Shown here piece after piece: positions 52,871-64,000 of a stretch of 64,000 nt of DNA. The notes beneath the pieces were generated by a model. It did not search any database, had not been told where the DNA came from, and saw only the letters and a list, made by a program, of their open reading frames with translations. The stretch's first letter is position 1. The number at the start of each line of letters is the position of its first letter. Both the position numbers and the translations under genes were made by a program. The stretch lies in the NCBI RefSeq assembly GCF_009914755.1, contig NC_060934.1, one strand, 5' to 3'. The DNA is from the human T2T-CHM13v2.0 reference genome, Homo sapiens.

Positions 52871-54317
52871 GGAGGATAAAGGACAAAAAGCATTAGTCTT
52901 TCTTGATCCCTCCCAAGAAAGAAAAGAGGACCAGCTGGGAAGGGCAGTGCAGTTGTTTCACAGTAATGCAGGCTTTCGAGGGAGCTGGCTCCAACGTCAG
53001 GAATGTGCAACTCTATCCACTGCTGATTTTCTTCCCGAAGAGAGACCCTTTGGAACGTAAACTTCAACCAAGAATTGGATTTTTCTTACAACGTCAACAA
53101 TTACTTTGTTATTAAAGAAAAAATCTGGGCGGGAGACAGCAGATGGGTACATCTGACAAGGGGCTGGGAGGAGGGAGCAGTGTTTCAGGTATTGGAGAAA
53201 TTGTTCAAGGACAATTTGTGTGTGGAAATATAAATTCCTATAAATCTGCCAGAGCCAACAGGACTGAAGACAAATCACTCACAGAAATGCGTCTCTCCCC
53301 AGCAAAGCTGACCACGGGCTTAATTTAGGTGCACGCCCTGTTTGTGCTGGATTTCAGATATTGTTTTAAGAGAGGCAAGGACAACAAAGAAGTAAATTGA
53401 TATCAGTACCCCTACTTTGTCCTGTTAATAGCATCTTTTGCCTTCTGGTATTTTTAGAGCTTTGATTCAAAATAGGAAAGTCTATGTCATGCTCCAGACC
53501 AATGAGCATATCATTGCCATGGCAATAGAATATTGGCCTAGGAGCAAAAGAGCCAACTTTCTCTTCCCAATGCCACCATCAACTTTCTTCTTCATGTTGG
53601 CATGACTAAAAGAGATGGAGGAGCTGATCCATTATTTAGCCAGTTGAGAGTTGCCTAAGCCACTCATTCTACCCACTGAGATATAAGCCACATTAGGGCA
53701 GGGATTTTTTTTTTCTTGTTCATGCTCTGTCCCCAGTGCCTGAACTGTGACTCACTTGCAGTAAGAAGTCAATCATTATTTGTGGCACTCATGAATGAAT
53801 GAACCATCCATCCATTCATTCATCCTCAAAGATCACTGCCAAATATTCATAGGTTTTCCTCCCATGGAATTGCAAATTATACTCATTATCTCATTCAATT
53901 TTATCTCTGGGGCCATGGGTAAATCACTGACATACTTCCATATTACTTTAAGTGCAGGTGAATGATTTTGGGACAAGAGTTAATCTCTGGGAAAATCTTG
54001 CACCAACGAATACTTCTGCTTAATTTTCAAACCCTCCCTTACCAACTTATTATTGCAGCGATCTACTTTCTTAACTTCTTGTGTTCATCAGCTTGGATAA
54101 TATACGTTACAGACAATTAAAGAGCTGTATTCAGAATTATTGCTCTCTAGATTATCAGATTCCAGTTTTATTCCATCACACTTTTTCTTAAATGAATGAA
54201 CTGTCAGCTTTTCCTAGGAGGTTTTAGAAGAGAGGCTTCTGATATGACCGTAGTTAAGTCATTTCTCCTTTCTGGACTTCCATTTCCCATCCAACATAGA
54301 AGGCAGTTGGACCAGAC

Positions 54318-55008
<691 letters not shown>

Positions 55009-56154
55009 AATTTCCTTCTATATCAAGCATTCTGTTATTCCAAAACTGTATGAAATACTGTCAATTGGTATTGGGTCACTAATAAGCATTTGATAGGGTA
55101 TATATTGGGTAAATCTCTGTGTTGCCACTCAATGTGATTTATTTATTTGTTAATGTCACAGGGACACTCAATGCTCTGCATCTCCATTTGTTCATCAGTG
55201 CTGAAAAAAATGGGCTACTCAGTGAAGAGCTACTGAGGCCCACGGATGCCATGCAGCCCACTGGCCTCGCTTTGAATATAAGGCTAAATGATTAGGATGC
55301 TACCTCTGTTGCTGCTTCTCAAATAACCCAGATATTTACACTAAATGATGACAAACCATGAGAATTTTTTCATTGACATTCTTCTAGTCAATGAAGTAGA
55401 TCATGCAAGTGGTAAGACGGTACATTTTTCCCATGGGACTCAGTAAAACTATTTTTATTTTGAATGGAAAATAAATACAGCCTGTAAACGTTATTTATTT
55501 TTTCTGAGAAATGTCTTCTATTTCTCAAATTCTATGATTCCATGTTTTGTTAATGCCTTTCTCCACCAAGACAAAAATACTCCAAAACTGGGGATATTCT
55601 ACTAATATTATATTGGTAGAAAAGAATAAAACTAAAATTGCCTAAGTATGTCCTAAATGCTTTTCAATACAATTACATTTTAGCCTTACAGCAGTCCTGT
55701 GAAGTAGATATTGTCATCCTACTTTTACTGTGAGGGACCAGTAACACCTGGAACTAGAAGTCAAACTCAGAGTGGTCTGATTTGAAATCCCAGCTTTTCC
55801 TACTTTACTTCACTGCCCCCTTGAAAAGTCTGTTTCCCAAACTGCAGACAATGACTTGATTTTTAGGTGGAACTAAGCACTGATTAGTTAAATATCCCTC
55901 CATTAGTGACTACAAATAAATAGATCTATTTTTGTCATTGAGAAATTTATTTTAGGTGTGGAAATTTTTAAATTTATCTGATTTATCATTAATTGTTTTT
56001 CATTGGTGAATTTTATTCTTAAAAAACTTTTAAGTAGCATTTTTGCTTCCGTTGTACTTACTTGTATGATTTCCTTGTATTTACTGCAGGTGGATACTGA
56101 CTTTTCTTTCATTTATAAACAGTTTTAAAAGTGAGGCAATAAAACAAATAGCCA

Positions 56155-56456
<302 letters not shown>

Positions 56457-56470
56457 TTAATTAATTAAAT

Positions 56471-56620
56471 AGCCAGGCATGGTGGCTCAGGCCTGTAATG
56501 CCAGCTATGCAGAGGCTGAGGCAGGATGATACCGTGAGCTCTGGAGTTTAAGGCTGCAGTGAGTTATGATCGTGCCACTATGCTCCAACCTGGGTGGCAG
56601 GGCAAGACCCTGTCTCTAAA
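56471..56620 (+). mobile_element. FRAM/FAM-like Alu monomer
   Basis: Single arm 'gccaggcatggtggctc..gaggctgaggcagga..ggctgcagtgagttatgatcg..gaccctgtctctaaa'. Confidence 0.8.
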
Positions 56621-58559
56621 TATATATATTTATTTATATAAAATGAGGAGAGGAAACAGCACAAGTGGCAAATTGATAAAGAAAAAATCAGAAAGAAAAT
56701 GCACCAATGTTTAAACTTCAGGAAAAATTAGTCTGAAGGGGAAGGTATTTGGTCAGGGATCTTGGGAGGGGCTAACTTCATCTGGGGTTAATTAGAGTCC
56801 CATCTCAGGGAACAGCCATCTTATTGGCTGAATATGGGAAAGGGCCAGAAATAATAAAGTATCTACAAGGAAAGACGTTAATAGAAGAAAAGATCTTTTC
56901 TCTTTTTGTCTTCCCAGTGGTTTCCTCTTCAATACACCCCTTCCTGTCTCCTAACTCGATCCCACCCAGCATCTATTACTCTCCTATTAGGCTGCTCATG
57001 CATTTTTAAATCCAGCTTAATTGGACATTGACATATTTGGCTCCTCTCTTTAGCACCAAAGCCACCCAATCAAGTAAAAAATTTATTTTCTCCTCAGTAC
57101 TGCAAATGGAAAGTATCTGCATGCAAAAAAATAAAATATAAATAAAAATTCCTTCTGTAAGAAAGAATATCAACAAGAGCACAAAGTAGAACATGCCAAG
57201 TGTTTAGAAAGACAACATCAGCTTCATTTTATTTAAATGCTCCATTGTTTGTAATAAATTTTTAATAGCTTGAAAATCTAATTTTTCCACTACCAATTTT
57301 ATCCTTGGCCACTTGGCAAATACTGATACTGGCTTTTTTTTTTCTTTTCTGCCTCTGTTACCCCAGTAGTAAAAGCTGGAGATCTGGATATGTGAGTTCT
57401 TAATTATGAACCATTACAATGAAAATATCAGCTCTGTATTGGGAATAGCACCAAATGGTATAAAGACCTAGACTGTTATGAATTATTTGGGACCAGAGTA
57501 TCTCTCCACCCTACTATAGGAGAGAGAACACTCAGAAAAATAGAGACGAAAAGTCTGTGGGGGTGGCTGATCTGTAGTGAAACTCTTTTATAATTTAGAA
57601 GACACAATTGTACCGAACCTTTATACTAACCACATATTACTCATTGCATAATTATTGCAGGATTGAAAATGTATGACAAATGTGCCATAACTCCCCCCGC
57701 CCACTCTCATGGCAGACATTGCTAATCAACTATGAAACTCTTTCCCACTAAACATTCTAGGTGGACACCGCGGTTGGGATAGTGTGGCAGGGGGAAGGTT
57801 GGGGCAGAAAGAGCAAGAATCTCCCCTATTCCTGATACTTCCTTCTTGTAAAAAGAGCACCACTAATGTAACACTCCTACTTTCCTCCAGAGAAGAAAAA
57901 GAGACATAATCTGATTGGTAAGCTTTAAAAGAAACACTAGTCATGGGTTGCCAAGCCCCTTCCTCTGGCAGTATGCACACTCACACAGAGCATGTGCTCC
58001 TGATATTTCTCTACCAGCTAATAAATTTATCAGTGAACTTACTCCTCAACCTGTAGGAAGATCAGCAGTGGTCCAATGCTGCTGGAGGCTGGGTGTGGTC
58101 CCTGCAATATCACAGTTAAGAATGGGGACGCTCACTGGCACAGCAGATATAACCACATTCCTCAGTAGCAACTTTAACAACAACAAAGGTGATGTTTTGA
58201 CTCTTTCTGTCTTACTCTTTTGCCTAGCTCTAATTGATTCAAGCCTTGGGCCAAAAAGAAGGGTGATGTTTCAGGGTCCCTTAAAACCCCTCACAGAAGC
58301 AATTGATTAGGGCGCTCACAGGAAATTGATGTACAGTCTAGTACACTTCAGGAGCCATAATGTGGTCTGATTTACAGTTAACGAGAGATGTGTGAGGTCA
58401 GTGTTGTTTGGGGTGGCATGCCAATGACCTATACAAGGCCCGACACAGGAGTAGCTCTTGTGTCATCAAGTTCCCGAGACTTTGCAGTCCAGATCATCAG
58501 TTCTGTCATTGCTTCAGACATGGTCTGTCCCAAGCAACTCACCCAACTGACCAAATTCA

Positions 58560-59280
58560 TGGGCAACCCTCATATACTCCCGGTGGAAGTGGAAATTGGT
58601 GCCATTTTGAGGGGGCCAATTTAGCAGTACATAGCCAAATTGTCCATTTAGTTATGCATTGTGATGGCAGTTTCACTTCTGTGTATCTATTCTCATAGAA
58701 AATGCACAAAAATAAATGTCCAAGTTTATTGCAACACCTATTGTCACGATGATAATTTGGAAACTACCTAAATGCCCAGCCATAGAGAACTGGTTAAATA
58801 AATAGTTATGAAATATTGTGAATTGGCTTCTAGTCATTTCATGGGTTTTTTGGTTTGTTTGGTTAGTTGGTTGGTGTTTTAGAGACGGGGTCCTGCTCTG
58901 TTGTCCAGGCTGGAGTGCAGCGGCGATCATAGCTCACTGTATCCTCCTTGGGCTGAAGTGATTCTCCCGCCCCAGCCTCCCAAGTAGCTGGGACTACAGG
59001 TGCACGCCACCATGCCTGGCTATTTTTTAATTTTTTTGTAGAGACAGAATCTCTCTATCTTGTCTTGAACTCCTGCATTCAAGTGATCCTGCCCCCTCAG
59101 TCTTCCTGAGCACTGACTGGGATTACAGGTGTGAGCCACCATGCCTGGCCCATTTTGTTTTTTAATGTAGCAATTTTATACTATGTGTCATGGCATGGTG
59201 ATAGATGGGGAAAGAGTATCCACTTCTTACTCTATATTTCTTCCGTTTGAAATTTTGAGTAAATGTTCTAATTTTATGAT
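58560..59280 (+). mobile_element. L1ME-type LINE-1 fragment interrupted by AluJ
   Basis: 'ctcatatact..ggtggaagtggaaattggt..caatttagcagta', 'ggaaactacctaaatgccca..actggttaaataaat'. Confidence 0.65.
58845..59150 (-). mobile_element. AluJ
   Basis: 'gatcatagctcactg', 'gggactacaggtgcacgccacc', 'gattacaggtgtgagccacc'. Confidence 0.92.
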
Positions 59281-59566
59281 TAGTAATTAAGAGAAATGAA
59301 CATGAATTTAATAATTTTTAATTTTTTTTTCTTGAATGGTGCTGCCCATCATTTAGACTGCTCTCCATGATGACAGTGCCTGGAAGCTGAGCAGGTAACA
59401 GAAGGTTGGTGGGAGAGCCAAGGATTGGGACAAGGGCAACAGTTGTCTGGAAGGAGAATTCTCCCATACCAAAGTGTGCCTAATCAATCCCCTCTGTCAT
59501 AATAGAGTCCAGCTTTCTCCAGCTTTCCTAGGACCAAAATTCCCATGACTGCCAAAACCGAAGTTC

Positions 59567-59720
59567 CTTTTTTCTTTTCTTTTCTTTTCTTTTCTTCTTC
59601 TTCTTCTGAGACTGCATCTCACTATGTTGCCCGTGCTGGTGTCAAACTCCTGGGCTCAAAATCCTCCCACCTCAGTCTCTCAAGTAGTAGGGAATGCAGG
59701 TGCATGCCACTGTACCTGAC
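59567..59720 (-). mobile_element. FLAM-like Alu monomer with (TTTTC)n/(TTC)n tail
   Basis: 'tctcactatgttgccc..ctggt..aactcctgggctcaa..atcctcccacctcag'. Confidence 0.8.
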
Positions 59721-62071
59721 TCTTTCATTTTCATAGTGCTGGAGAAACATCATTCAAGTCTTCGTCTTTTGGTTCTCATCTCAGAAACTCCAAGCAGATC
59801 ATAAACACATACTCCCTGCAGTTAGATCTAATACAATGGGTTGAGCTTCAGCTTTTGCCAGGTGACTGCCCTTGAAAAGATTAAAGATCCCTGCCTCTCT
59901 CCCTTTTGAAGAGTCAACTTGGCATTCTAAAGACAGTGAGTGAAAATTCTATTTGACTTTGTCTAACTCAAATCTATTTTACCCATTTTTGTCCCTGAAA
60001 AACCTGTTTCACAGATCAAACTTTAGCCAACACTTTATGAAAAAAACTCCCAGAGTTCTATTTTTCAGCAATATGAATATTCTCCCTTGATTGAATATGA
60101 GCTGTCCTCATCTCCCTGTGACCTCCTCAACTACTCAGGCTTTTCCTTGGTGGATGTCATTTCCACAGATAGTTGGTTTCATTGATCATACATGAATCTT
60201 AAGTATTGACCACCCATCCTTATAATTGCAATCTCCTCTGCCGCGTAAGATTTGGTTTGTCATATTTACAATAATGCCAAATAATGCCTTGGGTTTGCCT
60301 AGTGCTTTCAACTTTTAAAGGCTTTTCATATCCATTATTTTATTTTGTTTTCACAATAATTCTTTTAGGTATGATTGGCTCTGTGTCAACTGACAGATGA
60401 GAGAACCAAGACTGCAAGAAGTAACTGAGAATATGTCTTGATGATGAGCGAACCAGTCCTACAACCAGTGTCTCCTACCTTTTGGTCTTGAGCTAGAAGC
60501 CAATTAATCCCAAGCACAGAATAGTTTCTAGGTACACTGGACTTTTCAAACCACTTGAAGCCTCAAAGCTTCAGTACTGAAAGCTTAGTTTGCTAGATGA
60601 TGTATACCTTAAACCACTAGGCTTCTCTCTATTGAAATAAATAGGCTTGTGCCATGCTAGTTGTTGGCATTGTTTTGTCATTTTTGTTATGTAATAGGGT
60701 TCCTGTCCCTCAAGGCCAGAAGAATATAGCTATACGACTTATTTAAAAAGACACAGCCAAGGAAAGCAGTCCAAGCTTTCTATGCAGTTCCAGGTATATT
60801 GAGATCATTCTCAATATGTCTGGTAGCAACAGAGAATTCTTTATAGAAGGAGGTGGGGGCACTTGAGTTGGGTTGCAATGGATCATGAGAGAGAGAATAA
60901 GTAGAGGCATTTCAGAAACATAAATGTCATGAACAAAAGAATAATAGTCATAAAAGTTTTCTGTCTTTTCAAGATCCTGGTTCCCTCCATCTGAGATAGA
61001 ATATTGATGATAACTCAATCACTGAAAGCAATTCCTCTGTGTCTGAAGGCATGCTGAGGTTAAGCAGAGACCCAAGGATTAGGGCACTGGGCACATTTTC
61101 TTTGGAGCCTGGTCACTATTCATTACCCTTCCTCAGGGCTAAGTCACTTATCAGTAGCCCATTCTTTGATTCACACACCTGACACCTTCTCACTCTTCTG
61201 TTAAGTACTATGTAGACACAACTTAGAGTGTCCAGCCACCTCCCTCCAACTGTGCTACTACCTCCAGGGCTCTACTATTTAGAAGTTCTAAAGTTGCCAC
61301 AGATTTAGGACTTCTGCCTTTATATTTCCCAGCTACTAAATGATGAGGAACAGCGACATACCAAGGGTAGAGACCCTCAGAGAGGTAGAGAAGATCAATG
61401 TTTATAGAGACAAGTATTGGAAGGAGACTGCGTGCCAAGCAAAATCTCTAAATTACCAAAATTGAATTGAAGTGACTTTCTCTCAGGCTCCTCCTCGGGT
61501 GGGATAGACTTTGTGTGAGATACAAAGGAAAAAGAAATCTACTAGTAAAGCACTTTCTATCTGGCAGAGAAGTTAACTGCAAGGTAAAAAGTCACACAAT
61601 ATAGCTGTTTACCCATCCCGAGTTCCCTCAGGGCTCGATCTCAATGAATGGTTTTATTTTTAACCAGAAGATCTAAACTGATCTTCTGTGTTGGGCTAAC
61701 TAGCTAACATTCCTATCCATAGGAGATGGTGCTTTAATGCCCAAAGGCCAACTTTATTCTTTCATTTCTGAATCCTACAAATTATTTACATCCCCTTAGA
61801 AGCTGCCTTCTCAGTGAACTTGGAGCAAGTTATTTAAATCTTTTTGTGCTTCAGTTTTCTGAACTGTAAAAAGACAGAGTGCTCACATCAGAAGAGTTGT
61901 AAGGATGAAAAGAAATCATTTAAAGTATTTAACAGAGCTCCTAGCCCATAATAAGTGCTCAATGAACGTTAACAATTAATTTTACTTTAAACTCACTCTG
62001 GTTAGAGTCACTGCCTGTTTTGCACATATGAAAAAAGTTTTCCAATGGCTAAGGCAAGGAAGATCTAGGGG

Positions 62072-62394
62072 TTTTTGTGTGTGTGGTTTTGTTTGTTTGT
62101 TTGTTTCTTTTTGTGACAGAGTCTCTTTCTGTCACCCAGGCTGGAATGCAGGGGTGCATTCCCGGCTCACTGCAATCTTGACCTTCCAGCTTCAGGTGAT
62201 TCTCCCAGCTCTGCCTCCTGAATAGCTGGGACCACAGGCACACACCACCCTGCCCAGTTAATTTTTTCATTTTTTGTGGAGAGGGGCTTTCACCATGTTG
62301 CCTAGGCTCGTCTTGAACTCCTAGGCTCAAGCGATCCAACCGCCTCGGCCTCCCAAAATGTTGGGATTACAGGTGTGAGCCACCTCACCTGGTC
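62072..62394 (-). mobile_element. AluJ with (TTTG)n tail
   Basis: 'gaactcctaggctcaagcgatcc', 'ggctcactgcaatcttgacc'. Confidence 0.92.
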
Positions 62395-62399
62395 TATTT

Positions 62400-62990
62400 T
62401 TATTTTTTATATAAGTAATACATTGGAAACTACCAAACACCACAAAGAAATCTGTAACTGTCTTAATTCTACTATTGACATAAACTTATGTTTTAAGTTA
62501 AAAACTATTTTCTTTTTAAACTTAACATTATTTTGAACATCTTTCCATGTCAGTAAACATGGTTCTATTACATTCTTAATATCTGCATATTTTTTTTTAG
62601 AGTTGTACCATAATTTATTTAACCAATCCACCATTGTAAATTATTTATGTTGTTTCCAACTTTTTGCTATTTTAAACAATGTTCTTACATAAATTTTATG
62701 CATTCATTTTTTGTGAACTTCTCCAAAATTGTCCTTAGGATAAATTCATGGGAGTAAAATTTCTGGGTCTAGCAGTATGTTCCAAGGGACTTATTACATA
62801 CTGTACTGCCAATTTGTCTTTCAGAAGGACTGTACAAACTGGCACTCCCACCAGCAGGGCAAATTCCATTTTCTCACTTCCTCCCCACCACCAGCCACTA
62901 TTTAAAATATTTGCCAAGTTGGTGGGTCATAAACATAATTTTATTTTTTAATTTTAATACATTCAGCAAACATTTTAATTTTTTCTTCTC
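62400..62990 (-). mobile_element. L1ME-type LINE-1 fragment
   Basis: 'gtaccataatttatttaaccaatcc', 'gttgtttccaactttttgctatt', 'actgccaa..cagaagga.tgtacaaa..cactcccaccagcag'. Confidence 0.75.
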
Positions 62991-63029
62991 TAAAATCCTT
63001 TACAATGCCATCAAAAACTTGGTAAAGTG

Positions 63030-63220
63030 TGTTCTTGAGAGCACAGACCCTGGAGACTGACTACTCGAGTCTGAATTCAGTCTCTGCCTCTGAATTTAAT
63101 GATTTCAAGCCAGTTACATATCCTCTCTGTGCCTCAGTGTCTTCATCTAGAATGAGAACAATATTAGTGATTGCCGTATAGAGTTAGATGCATGCATGTA
63201 AGCACTTAAGGCAATGGACT
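63030..63220 (+). mobile_element. MIR SINE
   Basis: 'gagcacagaccctggag', 'ctctctgtgcctcagtgtcttcatct', 'gtaagcacttaa'. Confidence 0.7.
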
Positions 63221-64000
63221 ACTCTTATTGTTTGTCCATTTTTCAGTTGGCATGTTGGACTTCTCTGGGTGGGTATGGTGAGAAGGCAAATTGAGGGACA
63301 TCCAGAAGAAGTAATGACATAAACAAAGGCACAAAGAGACATTAAGTGTCATGTTAACTCCTACATTTAAATCTTCCCAATATTTTCATGTGTTTTGAAG
63401 AACAAAGAACAAGAATGGTTTCATGCATTGTTTTCCACTTCATGAAACCCAATTTAAACCATACGAAACAAGCCTTGACATGTTGTCAACATGAACTTTT
63501 CTTGGTCTATGCATGACACTGTCCCTCCAGGTCCAGCAGTTCCCAGTTGTGCTGTCTTTCACCTATAATGACCCATGTTGAGCAGGCAAGGGAAAGCATA
63601 ATTATATTTGCTCACAGAATTATATGCAAGCTTCTGTATTTCCAAATGCAAATTAGACAAGAATATCTCTCCTCCCCATTATGCAGTACAACAGAGAATT
63701 ATTCGAACCCAACTTTGTGCTCCAATCATGTCCTTGTGTTTGGATGACACTAGCAATGCACACAGCCCTAGAAGTTTCATGGTGAGTCAGAAGGAACCTC
63801 AGAGCTCATCTAGTTTAACCTCCTCATTCATAGAGAAAATTCTGGATGACTACATTCAAAACAGATCCAAGAATGAGGAAACATTGACCACAGGGGCTTT
63901 CTGACTTTGGGAACATGGGAGCCTTCTATACAACTTATTGCAGAATTTTTAAACCTAACCCTTGTGTTGGTGGGATCAGCTAAAGATGGAGGAGCCACAA

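Noticed and set aside
58043-58175. Possible minus-strand exon ending at GGA|GTAAGT (58042)
   Set aside because: Acceptors are weak or ambiguous and all frames of the longer version are closed; not enough support
58388-58624. ORF segment 'TKFMGNPHILPVEVE' loosely resembling eIF4A 'TKKFMRDPIRILV'
   Set aside because: The DNA from ~58560 matches an L1ME fragment and no other DEAD-box motifs are nearby; coincidence, not a pseudogene

Overview
Primate (very likely human or great-ape) non-coding genomic DNA, intronic or intergenic. I find no protein-coding gene, tRNA/rRNA, CRISPR array or prokaryote-type system. The ORF track consists of chance frames in Alu, LTR and L1 sequence or in unique non-coding DNA. 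Much of the window is transposon-derived: about 18 Alu/FLAM/FRAM copies (many with visible target-site duplications), a full-length solo LTR12C (ERV9) at 42320-43983 with a perfect 4-bp TSD, older LTRs (MLT1, LTR33, MER74A), DNA transposons (MER58A, MER82, MER91A, MER1B, MER81, MER103C, MER112, MER5, MER102) and L1/L2/L3/MIR fragments. Subfamily names are recalled from consensus sequences and old-repeat boundaries are approximate. The best leads are: (i) the LTR12C promoter with a downstream acceptor and poly(A) site that could form a cryptic transcript; (ii) a convergent minus-strand TATA/Inr/splice-donor cassette at 52.7-52.9 kb; (iii) two repeat-free, motif-dense enhancer-like blocks (10.4-13.2 kb and 38.7-39.5 kb); (iv) a templated inverted insertion that creates a perfect 14-bp hairpin inside an Alu; (v) a head-to-head inverted Alu pair 63 bp apart; (vi) a ~480-bp AT-rich expansion inside MER82. 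None of these demonstrates a new biological system; they are testable hypotheses.
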